Below are positions 1-20,410 of a stretch of 64,000 bases of DNA, one piece after another. The translations under genes and the position numbers were made by a program. A model generated the notes under the pieces. It ran no database searches, was not told where the DNA came from, and was given only the letters and a program-made list of their open reading frames with translations. The stretch comes from the human T2T-CHM13v2.0 reference genome, Homo sapiens, in NCBI RefSeq assembly GCF_009914755.1, contig NC_060942.1. One strand, 5' to 3'. Position 1 is the stretch's first letter. Every line of letters begins with the position of its first letter.

Positions 1-3000
1 CTAAAAGTGCAACTACTTGAACACTGCCCCCTCTCTCCCCTGTGCAACAAATTCTGAACTAAAGTTATCAACTGAAATGTCTTAAGGGTCCAGAACATAT
101 TGAAAATGGGTGAATCAACTAACAGTAGGAAGCAGTGAAGGCTGTGGGGATCTGAGAAGTACACACCTGGCAGCAAGCATTCAAATTCCAGTGCTTCATG
201 TCCTCTCTGCAGCTGTCAAAATGCTTTGGAAGGACTTGTCTTAAACACACTAGACTGAGACCTCCCTAAAACAAGGATTATATTTAATTCATTACAGCCA
301 TGGTTCTTCACACCAAACCTTAAAGGTCAGAACGTGGGGCTGAGTAAGTGTTCTCCCAAATGTTTATTCTGATGTACTAATTTTCTATTCAGATATCCTG
401 GACATCAGCATCAACTGCTTGCCTGGACACTTCTATTGGTAGACAGTATAGCCAGGACCTGGCCAAGGTCCTGAACTCATAACTCAACAGACTCAGACGT
501 AAAGTCTGGCCCTGACACTTTCCAGGAACTTCAACAAATTTCTTAACTCCTTAAGCCTTAGTTTTCACATTTATACAAGACAGTAATTATAATATTGATT
601 GTGGCTGTACTGATGATCAAACTGAATTCTAATTGAAAATACCTGGACATAGCAGAATCTCAGGAAATGTTATTTATCAGTGTAGTTATGCTACCTGGAG
701 TTGGTGTCGTGCCTTCCATCATACCTCAGAGTCCATAGATCTCAAGCAATTGCTAGTTGAAAGCTGAGTCTACATCCTACACCAATTGTCTTCCCCACTC
801 TTTCACCAGCTTCTTTTGTGGGTTTACCAGTCTCCCTCACTTTCTTGCCTCATCACTTCACACAGAATGGAGCCCTCCATGATGTCAAGCTCTTAACTTT
901 TCTGTAGGAAAAGTTTGCCCATTGATTAACCATCAATCAATAAATAGTATAGTAACTGTTCCTATGCTATTCCCAACACAGGGGGAACATTCTGAATCTG
1001 TTATACATACTGTGCCCCATCAAAGCTGCAGAATTTTACATTGTATTTCCCTCCATTGAATTTCCCTCCCTTCATAAATTCACCCTAATAAATGTCATTT
1101 GAGGCTGTTTCCTTCAAACTCTCTTATTTTATATTGCCAGGCCTGTAGATTACACTCTGGTGTGCCTTTAGGGAAGTTTTATCTTAAGAATTTCATGAGT
1201 ATCATGGATATGGACCAACTACTGCTTATATAAAAGATAGTTCCCGTTTTTAAACCAGGTGGTGACATTCAGTATTATATCAGTTTTCCTCTTTGTCGGT
1301 GGGTACAGGCAGTAATGTTTGAATTAATCAGAAATTAATCCAAATACATGAGTTAATTTTCAGAGAAATTCTAGAAATACTCCAGGATTAAATTTAAATT
1401 ATGGGCATATCATGAGCAAAATTTCCTAAAGTTTTCCTAGATTTAATGTTTTAAATCTAAAGCTCCAAAAGCCAATATATAAGTATTACATATTGGATTA
1501 AATTACATACCACTAATGTTGTTGTATAGAGCTGGCCATAAGCAAAAATTAAAGTAATATTCCATTTATTTTACTTTAAGAAGGAGAAGAATTGAAAAGT
1601 CAAAATAATGGTTAAAGGGAAAAGTAAACTTAAGATATATGAGGTAATTGTAAGAGAATAACTTGTTGCTTTCAAGAATTTCAAATAACCAAATCAGAAC
1701 AATTATATCATATGAAACTTGAATACATGTTTATAAAACCATTATCAATATATTTGGGAAACCAAGACAAATTTTTTTAAATCAAAGAATTAAAGATTGG
1801 CAAATGTCTTCAGTTTCAAAAAGTAGTAACTACACTAGATGTCATAGTGGATCAGAAATATTAATAAAATCTGATTTAGAAGAGGAAAAAAAAAGTAGTA
1901 ACTACAGATTGAAGAACTTGATATTAATAACCAGCAACATTTAGAACAGGTTATTAAACAGATGATTATGAACATTTTTAAAACAATCACTAGTAGTAAG
2001 CATGTGTTCTCTGAAAATCGGCTATAATAATGATATATATTTTTTCTTTGGGGTGAGAACATTAGCTAGCTGTAGAATCAGGATTTTTGCGTTTGTGTAT
2101 CCCTGGGCAAGTCACTTGACCTGGGACTAAATATTACAAAGTCACTAATAGCTGTTTGTCCAGAAGGGCTCTGTGGTGAAGTATATTGGAACAACAGTTG
2201 AACAAAAACTGATAGGTTTTTGTTGTTGAAAACTTACCAGAGTCTTTAATAAGTTCATGCCCATTGCAAGTTTCTGAGAGTGGGTCACTGTGTGCAGTAT
2301 TTTTCAACTTGATTACCTGAAGAATAATTTTGATTTTCAGTGCATCTTACAAGACTAGGCTTCTGAAGAACTCTCAGAAATACTATGCTGAAAGCTCCCT
2401 CAGCTCTAGCATTTTATACCTATAGATGGTTAATTATAAACTATTAAAATCAATACAGGTATTGTTACAATCAAATTATATAGTTTAGAAATGTGTCAAA
2501 TTTTAACACAAAGAACATAAAAACAATCAGAACCAAAATACATCATGCTTCAGAACTCTGGAATTTATATATTAAGTAATTCAAAATCCAATTTCAAACT
2601 ACATTTTAAGGCAACTTTAACTTCAGTTAAGCTTATTTCCCTACTGGTTTTTGTTCCAGGAGCTATTAAATTATATCTTCTGATAGGCTATAATTCATTC
2701 AATTTAAATTGCATGTTAATTCACTTATAAAAGAAGCAGGAGGATGGGGTGGGGAATGGAGAGAGATCAGCCCCTTTATAATTCAGTTAGCTAATCTTTC
2801 ATCCTTAATTAGATGATTAAAAAAACCTTTTAACTTTATCTTATATTTGAAAGGAACACTGAGATATATTCAAGAGACAGGGCAAAAGGAATAGCAAACA
2901 GAAAATATTGTTCTGTAACTATAAACATCCTCCAATAAGTATTTAAATTACTAATATGTACTTTAAAGCTTATTAGAAAAATACAAAATAGCATTGATCA

Positions 3001-3569
3001 AATGCTCCTAAGGCCAATTAACATTTATGATCTCTATGTACATATATACATTTTGCAAATGCCATTCTGTTTTTTTTAATTGCTCTTCCTCCCACATCTT
3101 ACTTCCAGTTCCCCTGACTCTGACCAAGATTTCCAGAGAAATCTGAAGCTCCCTGAAGCCCTTGGTTTCCTCAGTTCTATTTACTCTGAGAGAAGGTAAC
3201 CTCTCCATCCCAAACCTCTGCATCTGCATTTACCCAGCATTTCAAAAATACTTTCTTCTTGGCCAATTTATAATCGCCTTCCTCTAAATACTAATTTCAC
3301 ATATGTTTTGCATAGAACTTTAGAGATTTCTATTTGACTTTTAAATCCAATCCTCACTATAACCCAGCAAATAGGGAGAATGTTGTCCACATGGACAAGT
3401 GAGGACAATAAGGTAGGGAAAGGTCAGAGGCCCTGTAAAGGAAAGAATTAGGACTTTGCTTTCTAGCCATCCTCCTGGTGCCTCCTACTCTCCTATCCAG
3501 GCTCCCCCAACCCCCACAGTCCCACAATAAAACTGTGGTCACAGATTGCAAGCTGCAGAATGCTTTCCT

Positions 3570-3720
3570 TATATTCTGATCTCACTGTTTGTTAGAGGGA
3601 TGACTTTGGACAAGTTACTTAACTTCTGTACATCTCAATTTTCAAAACTGTAAAATAGGCACACTGTAGTACACGCTTTATAAAGAAATAAGAATTAAAT
3701 TGGTTAGTGCATCTAACCAT
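3570..3720. mobile_element. MIR (further MIR relics near 490-680, 30520-30620, 40190-40410, 50270-50360, 63420-63500)
   Basis: Core motif gactttggacaagttacttaacttctgtacatctcaattttcaaaactgtaaaat. Confidence 0.6.
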
Positions 3721-4700
3721 GGGTTTTGGAGATTAATTTAATGTGAATAAATAAATGAATTAAAGATTGTATTAGTTAACTCATTTACTCATCCAATAAA
3801 TATATGTTTTTATTGATACATAATGATTGTACATATTATTTCTGGATTTCATGTGACATTTTGATACATGCATAAAATAATTATCAAATCAGAATAATTG
3901 GGGTATCCATCACCTCAAACATTGAAATTACTTTGTCTTGGGAATATTCCAACTCTTCTAGCTACTTTGAAATATACAATAAATTATTGTTAACTATAGT
4001 CACTCTACTATGCTATTGAACACTAGAAATGACTTCGAACTGACTGTTTTTATACCCATTAACCAACTTTTCTTCACCCCTGCACTCCTCCTAACTTTCC
4101 CAGCCACTGGTAACCATCATTCTACTCTCTACCTCCATGAGATCAACTTTTTTTCAACTTTTCAACTTTTTTTACTCTTATGTGGGAGCTAAAAAAGCTA
4201 AAAAACCTCCCACATATGAGTAAAAACATGTAATATATGTCTTTCTGTGACTGGCTAATTTCATTTAACATAATACCTTCCAGTTCCATCAGTCTTGCTT
4301 TAAATAGCAAAATTTCATTATTTTTTCTTATCACTGAATAACATTTCATTGCATACATACACCACATTTTCTTTATTCATTTATCCACTGATGGACACTT
4401 AGGTTGATTCTATGTCTTGACTATTGTGAATAATGCTGCAATAAACATGAGAGTGTATATATTGCTTCAAATATGCTGATTTCCTTTCTTTTGGATATAT
4501 ATCAAGCAGTTAGACTGCTGGATCATATGGTAGTTCTGTTTTTAGTTTTTTGAGGAACCTCTATACTTCAACTAACAATAGTTGTACCAATTTACATTCC
4601 CTCCAACAGTGTATAAGATTTCCCCTTTCGCCATATCCTTGCTGATTTTGACTTGCATTTCCCTGATTAGTGACCATTCTTTCATATACCTACGGGTAAT

Positions 4701-5028
4701 TTTTTTGTTTGGTTTGTTTTTGTTTGTTTCTTTTGTTTTGTTTTGTTTTGAGACAGGGTCTTGCTCTTCGGGTTGAAGTGCAGTGGCACAATCATAGCTC
4801 ACTGCAGTCTCCATCTCCTAAGTTCAGGGGATATTCCTGTCTCAGCCTCCTGAGAAGCTAGGACTACAGGTGCATGCCACCACATCCAGCTAATGTTTTA
4901 AATTTTTTTGTAGAGATGAGGTCTTGCTATGTTGCCCAGGCTACTCTCAAACTCCTGGCTTCATGCTATCCTTCTGCCTCAGCCTCCCAAAGTGCTGGGA
5001 TTACAGGTGTGAGTCACCACAGCCAGCC
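4701..5028 (-). mobile_element. AluJ
   Basis: Two-arm Alu with J-type diagnostics (atcatagctcactgcag, tatgttgcccaggct) and a degenerate (TTTTG)n tail. Confidence 0.92.
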
Positions 5029-6887
5029 TTTAATGGCCATTTGTATGTTTTCTCTTGAGAAATTTCTATTCAGATTATTTCTAGCTTTTAATCAGGTTAT
5101 TTAATTTTTGGTGTTCAGTTGTTTGAGTTACCTGTGTATCCTGATTATTAATCCCTTGGCAGATGAATGGTTTGCAAATATTTTCTTCCATGCTGTTAGT
5201 TGTCTTCAGTCTATTGACTGTTTCCTTTGCTGTGCAGAAGCTTTTTTGCTTGATGTAATCTCATTTCTCTATTTTTGTTTTTGTTCCAGTGCTTTAGAGG
5301 TCTTACTCCAAAAATATTTGTCCAGACTAACATCCTGAAGCATTTCCCCAGTGTTTTTTCTAGTGGTTTTATAGTTTTAGATCTTAGATTTAAGTCTTTA
5401 ACCCACATTAATTTGACTTGACTTTTGAATATGGTGAGAGATCTAGTTTAGGGGTCTAGTTTCATTCTCCTGCATATGGTTATCCAGCTTTTCTAACGCT
5501 ATTCAAATGACTGAAGAAAAGACTGTTTTCCCCCAATGCATTTTCTTGGTGCCTTTGTCAAAAATGAGTTGGTGGTAAATGTGTGGATTTATTTTTAAGT
5601 TCTCTATTCTTTTCTATTGGTCTATATATCTGTTTTTAAGCCAGCACTACGAAGTATTGGTCATTATGGCTTCAGGGTATATTTTGAAGGCATGTAGTAC
5701 AGTGCTTCCAGTTTAATTCCTTTTGCTCAGGATTGCTTTGGCTATTTGGGGCTTTTGTAGCTCCATGCAATTTTTAGGATTGTTTTTTCTATTTCTGTAA
5801 AGAATGTCATTTGTACTTTCACGGAGATTGCATTGAATCTATAGATTGCCTTGGGTAGTATAGATATGTTAATAATATTAATTCTTCTAGTCCATGAGCA
5901 TAGGACCTTTTTTAATGTCTTACTTGACTTTTTTCATGAGTGTTTTATAATTTTATTTGTAGAGATTGTTCACTCCTGTGGTTAAATTAATTCCTGCATA
6001 TTTAAATATTTGTAGCTATTGTAAATGTGATTGCCTTTTTGAGTTTTTCTATTGTTAGCTGTTGGCATATACAAATCACACTGATTTTTGTATTTTCATT
6101 TTGCATCCTTCAACTTTACTGAATTTGTTTATCGGTTATAACAATTTTTAGTGGAGGCTTTAGGTTTTTTAAAATATAAAATTATGTTGTCTGCAAACAA
6201 GAATAATTTGACTCCTTCCTTTTCAATTTGGATGCTCTTTATTTCTTTCTGGTGCTTAATTGTTCTGACTAGGACTTCCAGTACTATGTCGAATACAAAT
6301 GGTGAAAGTGGGCATCCTTGTCTTATTCTTGATCTTAGAGAAAAGGTTTTAAATTTTTCCTCATTCAGTATATTATTAGTTGTGGGCTTGTCATATATGG
6401 TCTTTATCATGTTGATGTATGTTCCTTCTATACCTGATTTGTTCAGAGTTTTTATCATGAAAGAATATTGAACTTTATTGGATGTTTTTTCAGCATCTAC
6501 TAAATTGGTTTTATGGTTTTGTCCTTGATTATGTTAATGTGATGTATCACATTAACTGAATTTGCATATTTTCCACCATCATTGCATTCCTGGGATGAAT
6601 CCCACTTGGTCATGATGAATGATATTTTTAATGTGTTGTTGAATTCTGTTTGCTAGTATTTTGTTGAGGATTTCTGTATCTATGTTTGTCAAGGATTTTG
6701 GCCTGTAGTTTTCTTTTTTGTGTTTTCTTTTTTCTTTTTTGTGTTTGTCCTTGCCTGGCTTTGGTATCAGCGTAATGCTGGTGTCATAGAACAATTTTGC
6801 AACTATTTTCTTCTCTTCAATTTTTTGAAATAGTTTGAGTAGGATTGGCATTAATTCTCTAAATGTTTGATAAAATTCAGCAGTGGA

Positions 6888-6912
6888 ATTGCTTCTTAGC
6901 CTTTTGGCTAAG
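6888..6912 (+). pseudogene. 3'-truncated (tailless) U2 snRNA retrocopy, about nt 1-25
   Basis: attgcttcttagccttttggctaag vs U2 5' end ATCGCTTCTCGGCCTTTTGGCTAAG; all 3 differences fall in CpG sites. Flanked by 17-bp TSD taaaattcagcagtgga (6871-6887) / tagaattcagctgtgga (6914-6930). Confidence 0.85.
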
Positions 6913-8561
6913 GTAGAATTCAGCTGTGGAGCCATTTGGTTCTGGACTTTCCATTGATGGGAGACCTTTTTTTATCACTACTTTGATATTTTTACTTGTT
7001 GTTAGTCTGTTCAGGCTTTCTATTTCTTCATAGTTCAATCTTTGAAGGTTATATGCTTCCAATAACTTATACATTTCTTCTAGGTGTTCCAATTTGTTTC
7101 TATGTAATTGTTCATAATCATCTCTGGTAATACTTTCTATTTCTGTAGTGTCAGTTGTAATGTCTCCTTTTTGTTCCTGCTTTTGTTTGAGTCTTCTCTT
7201 TTTCCTTAGTCTAGTTACAGGTTTGTCAATTTTGTTTATCTTTTCAAAACATCAACTTTTCATTTTTTTTTCTATTGTGTTGCTTTGTAGTCTCAATTTT
7301 ATTTATTTCTGCTCTGATTTTTATTATTTCTTTCCTTCTACTAATTTTGGGTTTTATTTGTTCTTGCTTTTCTAGCTCCTTTGGGTGCATCGTTAGGTTG
7401 TTTATTTGAAGTCTTTCTACTTTTTTAATGTAGGTGTTTATGGCCATAAACTTCCCTCTTAGTACTGTTTCTTCTGTATCCCAAAAGTTTTCATATGTTG
7501 TGTTTTCATTTTTATATTAACACATTTTAAAATTTTTTCATTGACACAATGATCATTAGGAGCATGTGGCTTAATTTCCATGTACAGTTTCCAAACTAAC
7601 TCTGGTTGATTTCTAGTTTTATTCCATTGTAGTCAAGAAAGATACTTACATATAATTTTAAATTTTTTGAAATTGCTCAGACTTGTTTTGTGACCTAATA
7701 TATGATCTGTCCTAGCACATTTCATGTGCTGATGAGAAAAATGTATATTGTAGAGATGTTGAATAACATGTGTTTAAATGTGATTTAGATCCATTTGGTC
7801 TATGACATAGTTTAACTCTAATGTTTCTTTGTTAATTTTCTGTATGGATGCCCTGTCCATTACTGAAAGTGGTATGTTGAAATCTACTATTATTATTGTA
7901 TTGTAGTCAATCTCTTCCTTTAGGTCTATTAATATTTTCTTTATATATTTTGTTTGCACTAGTAATGGGGGTACATTTATTTATAATTGTTATATCCTCT
8001 TGCTGAATTTATCTCTTTATCATTATATAATGACATTCTTTGTCTCTTTTTACAGTTTTGGACTTGAAATCTGTTTTATCTGATGTAAATATAGCTAATC
8101 CTGCTCTTTTTTGGTTTCCATTTGCATGAAACATCTTTTTCATTTTTTCACTTAGTCTATGCATGTCTTTGCAGGTGAAGTGAGTTTCTTGTAGACCACA
8201 TATAGTTGGGTCTTGTTTTTTCTTATCCATTTACCTACTCCATTATGCAACTATGTGATTTTCTCTGGTAGTATATTTTTATTCCTTGCTTTTTATTTTA
8301 ATGTATCTATTACAAGTTTTTGCTCTGTGGTTGCAATGAGGCTTAAAAAAGTCTTACAGGTATAACGAGTTACTTGGAATGAAAGACAACTTAACTTTGA
8401 TCACAAAAAATGAATACAAAAAAAGAAGAAAGAAAAAGCTAAAAATATTTACACTTTAACTACATGCCCTTACATTTTCACTCTTTCTTGTCTCAATTTA
8501 CCTCTTCTAATATTGTGTATTTCATAACAAATTGTTGTGGTTATTGTTGTGGTATATTTGT

Positions 8562-10926
8562 TTATATGGTTTGGCTCCATGTCCCCACCCTAATCTCATG
8601 TTGAATTGTAATCCTCAATGCTGGGGAAGAGGCTTGGTGGTAGGTAATCGAGTCATGGGGACAAATTTCCCCCTTGCTGTGTTCTCATGATAATGAGTGA
8701 GTTTTCATGAGATCTGGTTGTTTGAAAGTGTGTAGCACTTCCCCATTTTTTTTCTCTCTCTCTCTCTCCTTCCAGGCATGTGAAGATGTGCCTGCTTCCC
8801 CTTCACCTTCTGACATGACTGTAAGTTTCCTAAGACCTCCCCAGCCATGTTACCTGTACAGCCTGTGGAACTGTGAGTCAATTAAATCTCTTTTCTTCAT
8901 AAATTACCCAGTCTGATTTATATCTTTATAGCAGTGTGAAAATAGGCTAATACAGAAAATTAGCACCAGGAGTTGGGGCATTGCTATAAAGACACATGAA
9001 AATGTGGAAGCAGCATTGGAACTGGGTAATAGGCAGAAGAGTTTGGAGGGCTCAGAAGAAGACAGGAAGATGAGGAAAAGTTTGAAAATTTCTAGAGACT
9101 TGTTAAATGATTGTGACCAAAATGCTAATAGTGATATGGAAAATGAAGTGCAGGCTGAGGTGGTCTCAGACGGAGATGAAAAACTTATTGGGACCTGAAC
9201 TAAAGGTCACTATTGCTATGCTTTAGCAAACAGACTGGTGGCATTGTGCCCATGGGCTAGAGATCTATAGAACTTTGAACTTGAGAAAGATAATTTAGGG
9301 TACCTGGCAGAAGAAGTTTCTAAGCAGCAAAGCATTCAAGAGGTGGCCTGGCTGTTTCTAACTGCCTATACTCATAGGCATGAAAAAAGAGTTATCTGAA
9401 ACTGGAACTTATATTTAAAAGGAAAGCAGTGCATAGAAATTCATAAAATTCACAGCCTGGCCATGTGGTAGGAAATAAAAACTCATTTTCTGGGGAGGAA
9501 TTCCAGCCTGCTGCAGACGTTTGCATAAGTAAAGAGGAGCCTAATGTTAGTAGTCAAGACAATGGGGAAAATGCCTCCTAGGCATTTCAGAGACCTTTGT
9601 AGTAGCCCTTCCCGTCACAGCCCTGGGAGCATAGGAGGAAAAAATGGTTTCATGGTCCAAGCCCAGGGACCTGCTGCTCTGTGCAGCCTTTAGGACATGG
9701 TGCCCTTTGTCATAGCTGTTCCAGCTCCAACCACAAGTAAAAGGGCCCCATATACATCTCAGGCCACTGCTTCAGAGAGTGCAAGTCCCAAGCCTTGATG
9801 GCTTCCATGTGGTGTTAAGCCTGTGGATGTGCAGAGGGCAAGAGTTAGGGCCTAGGAGAGTCCACCTAGGTTTCAGAGGATGTATGAAAATGCCTGGATG
9901 TCCAGACACAAGTCTACTGCAGGGGGAGAGCTGTTGTAGAGAACCTATACTAGAACAGTGCGAAAGGGAAATGTGAGGTTGGAGCCCCCACAGAGAGTCT
10001 CCACTGTGGCACTGCCTAGTGGAGCTGTGAGAAGAGGGCCACCATCCTCCAGATCCCAGAACAGTAGATCCACTGACAGCTTGCACCGTGCACCTGTAAA
10101 ACCTGCAGGTACTCACTGCCAGCTCATGGAGGCAGCTGTGTGGACTGTACCCTGCAAAGCCACATGATGATGCTGCCCAAGGCCATGGGAGCCCACCACT
10201 TGCATCAGTGTGACCTAGATGTGAGATGTGCAGTCAAAAAAGATTATTCTGGAGCTTTGAGATTTAATGACTGCACTACTGAATTCTGGACTTGCATGGG
10301 GCCTGTAGCCCCTTTGTTTTGCCCAATTTCTCCCTTTTTGAATGGGAACATTTACCCAGTGCCTGACCCCATTGTATCTTGGAAGTAACCAACTTGTTTT
10401 TTATTTTACAGGATCATAGGAGGCAACTTGCCTTGTCTCTGATGAGGCTTTGGACTTGGACTTTTGAGTTCATGCTGGAATGAGTTAAGACTTTGAGGGA
10501 CTGTTGGGAAGGCATTATTGTGTTTTGTAAAGTGAGAAGGACATGAGATTTGAGAAAGGCCAGGGGAGGAATAATATGTTTTGTCCCCAAACAAATATCA
10601 TGTTGAACTGCAATCTCCATTGTTGGAGGAGGCACTTGGTGGGAAGTGATCGAATCATGGGGGCACACTTCCCCCTTGCTGTTCTTGTAATAGAGTTCTC
10701 ACAAGATCTTGTTATTTGAAAGTGTGTAGCACTTATCCCTTTTCACACTCTCTCTCCTGCTGTCCATGTGAAGATGTGCCTGCTTCCCTTTCACCTTCCA
10801 CCATTATTGCAAGTTTACTGAGGCCTCCCCAGACATGCAGGACTGTGAGTGAAGTAAACTCATTTTCTTCATAAATTACCCAGTCCCAGGTAGTTCTTTA
10901 TAGTCACATGAGAACAGACTAATAGA
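8562..10926 (+). mobile_element. Full-length MSTA (ERVL-MaLR) provirus: 5' LTR 8562-8954, internal region, 3' LTR 10572-10926
   Basis: Two MST-type LTRs (atatggtttggct...ctaataca), a MaLR internal sequence, a purine tract before the 3' LTR, and 5-bp TSD TTTGT at 8557-8561 and 10927-10931. Confidence 0.9.
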
Positions 10927-13900
10927 TTTGTCTATTATCTTCATATGAGAGATATGAGTGGCTTACACAGCACAATTACGGTTTTTGAGTATTCTGAATT
11001 TATCTGTGAATTTACTATTACCAGTAAATTTTATACCTTCAGATTATTTTCTTGTTACACTTTAATGTCTTTCTTTCAGATTGACAAAATCCTTTAGCAT
11101 TTCTTGTAAGACAGTTCTGGTGATGAATAATTCCCTCAGATTTTCTGTGTCTGGAAAAATCTTTCTCTCTCCTTTATGTTTGAGGGAAAGTTTTGCTGGG
11201 TACAGTATTCTCAGTTAACAGGGTTTCCCTTTTTATTCAGTACTTTAAATATGTTATTGCACTTCCTCCTGGTCTGTACAGTTTCCTCAGAGATGTTTGC
11301 TGGGTTAATCAATCCTTCTTCACATGTGATGTGCTTCTTTCCTCTTGCTGCTTTTAGAGTCATCTCTTTGTCCTTGAATTTTGAGACTTCAATCATTCTC
11401 TGCCTTGGGATAGTTTTATTTGGGTCAAATCTGTTTGGTGAACTTTGACCTTTCTGTACCTGGATATTCATATCTTTCTCTAGGTTTCAAATGTTTTTTG
11501 TTATTAATACTTTGAGTAAGCTTTCTATGTCTTGCTTTTTCTCAACTCTTTCTTGCAGGCCAGTGACTCTTATATTTCCTCTTTTGAGGTTATTTTCTAG
11601 ATCTCATAGAACTCTTATTTCCTTTTCATTCTTTTAACTTTTTTCTTCTCTGGCTATGTATTTTCAAATAGCCTGTCTTCAAGCTCACTATTTTTTTTCT
11701 GCTTGATCAATTCTATTATTGAGAACCTCTGATGCATTTTTTTTTTAGTTCAGCTAATGTATTTCTCAGTTCCAGGATATCTGTTGGATTTTTTAAAAAT
11801 CACCATCTCTTTGTTAAATTCCTCTGTCAATTTTCTGAATTGCTTTTTTGTGTTATCTTGCAGTTCAATGGGTTTTGTAAAAAGAAATACAATTTTGAAC
11901 TCTAGATCTTAGAGCTCACATAGCTCCATTTCATTTAAGTCAGTCACTGGCTTCTTGCTTTGTGCATTCAGAGAGTTCATGGTTTCTCGATTGCTGTTGT
12001 TTCTTACAGATGTACTTCTATGTCTTCACAATGAAATATTATTTATTCCAGCCTTTGCTGTCTAGGTTGGGTTGGTCTTCCGAGCACAAGTGTGCTTAGA
12101 CTTCCTATACAGTTTGCCTCTTCATTCCCTTAGCCCTAGATCACTATATCTTTTTCAGCACTAGATGACACCCTAAGCTAAGGTTTTCTGAAGCTCCTGC
12201 AAAAGTTCCAAGTACTGCCCACCTGAATGGTGAGTAGATTCCCTGGTTCTGTGGGGATGCTGGGTAGGAGTCCATGCCTAGATGGATTAGCCCACCCAAC
12301 CCATCAACAGCTACCAACAATAGCAAGAAAGACTGCTTGGGTCCCAGTGAGTTGCTCCACCATTGCTACTGTCAACATCCATACCAGAGCCTGAGAACTC
12401 TCCCACACACCTGTCCCACTGCTCCCACAAGACACTTCTAGGCTAACCATGTGGGGACCTCAAAATAGGCCTTTCAGGACCCACTAACACCAGAGTCGGT
12501 GTAAGCTGCTCTGGGGCTTAAGAACAGGTCCACTCAGCCCACTTCTGCCACCAAGATGGCCCAAAGACAAGCTCAGTTGGCATCCAAGTCCCCAACAAAA
12601 CTTCACCAGAACCCAAACTAACTGTACACTATGTCACACACACACAAAGAAATCACAGATACCACTGGTTCGGTGGGCTGCCAAAGAAGTCATAAAAAGA
12701 TCAGACTACTATAGGCACCTAAAATTAAAGACACATTATCTTACACAAAAAACAACACATACATATCTTCAGGAAAAATTCTCCCCTACAAAGGCAATTT
12801 CCAAAAAATGGTACAAGTGACTGCTACACAAGATGCATAGATATCAATGGAAGGACACAGGAAACAGGAAAGAGCAAGAAAACATGACATCACTAAAAAA
12901 CTACAAAAATTGTCCAGCCACAATTTTTTGAAATATTATTTATTCCAGCCTTTGCCGTCTAGGTTGGGTTGGTCTTTCTAGAACATGTGTGCTTAGACTT
13001 TTAATCAAAAAGAGTTCCTTGAAATGCCAGAAAATGAATACAAAGTATAGATTATAAAGAAGTTCAATGAGATGCAAGAGAAATCTGAAAACCAATACAA
13101 AGAAGTAAGAAAATCAATTCACAATGTGAATGAGAAAATTACCAAAAAGATAATAGCTTAGAAAATAGAAGAAGTAGTTCTGGAACTAAAAATTTTATTA
13201 AAAGACATACAACATATATTTGAAAACTTCAATAATAAACTAGACCAAACAGAAGAAAGAATCTCAGGAATTGAAGAGAGGGCTTCTGAAACACTCCAGT
13301 CAGATAAAAATAAGGAAAAAATAATAGAAAAGAATGAACAAAGTCTTTGAAATATCTGCAACTATATAAAGCAACCAAACTACAAATTTGTGGTATTCTC
13401 AAGGGAGAAGAGAGACCAGAAAGTTTAGAGAAACTATTTAAGGAAATTATCAATGAAAGCTTCCCAAGTCTATCATGAGAACTAGATGTCCAAATACAGC
13501 AGTCCCAGCAATCCTCAGCAAAATACACTGCAAAAAGGACTTCATCACAAGTCAAAGTTTAAAAAAGAATTTCAAAATTAGCAAGAGATAAGCACCTATT
13601 TACTATAAAGAAAACCCTATTAGACTAATGGTGGAATTTTCAGCAGAAACATTATAATCTAGAAGAAAATGGAATGCATTTTTAAAGCTCTGAAAAAAAA
13701 GCATTAGCCAAAAATTTTGTATCCTGCAAGAATAGTCTTTATAAATGGAGGAGAAATAAAGTATTTCCAAGACAAGAGAATACAGAGGGAATTTGTCAAC
13801 ACTAGACCAGACCTACAGGTTATGTTCAAAGGGGTCTTAAACAGAAATAAATGGTCAATATTCACTAGCATGTAAATATAAAACTAATAGGTCTTATAAA

Positions 13901-14265
13901 TCAATCACACAAAGGAGAAAGAGATAGAAATCAAATGGTAACACGAAAGACCTTCAAACAATGACAAAAAGAGATAAAGGAACAAGGAATTTATAAAATA
14001 ATTTGAAATCAGTTAACAATATGACAGAAAAAAAGCCTCCCATATAAATATTAACCTTGAATATAAATGGATTAAATGTTCCCCTTATAGATTGGCAGGA
14101 TGGATTTTAAAAAGCATGATCTAACTATATGTTGCTTATAAGAAACTCACTTTACTCATAAAGACACATATAGACTGGAAGTAAAGGGGTGAAAAAGATA
14201 TGCCATGAAACAGAAACCAAAGCATAGAGGAATAGCTATACTTATATAAGATAAAACAGACTTCA

Positions 14266-20410
<6,145 letters not shown>

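Larger units (their letters stand above)
3805..12260 (-). mobile_element. Old near-full-length LINE-1 (L1MA4-6-like), degenerate, interrupted by AluJ, a U2 fragment and MSTA
   Basis: L1MA-type 3' UTR at 3805-4600. Minus-strand ORF2 remnants (endonuclease QDPTICGLQETH 8009-8230; RT-region RQGCPLSP...LFADNI 6129-6458) and an ORF1 remnant (LKAARGKKHIT 11211-11471). The 5' boundary is approximate. Confidence 0.88.

Noticed and set aside
1320-1505. Cluster of TAATCC/GGATTA homeodomain-like motifs
   Set aside because: Expected in very AT-rich DNA; cannot be supported without conservation data.
8707-10668. Cluster of short ORFs
   Set aside because: They lie within MSTA LTR/internal sequence and show no intact retroviral gene.
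12260-12330. Head-to-head L1 junction as a twin-priming inversion
   Set aside because: Each side has its own ORF1, ORF2 and a distinct 3' end, so they are two elements.
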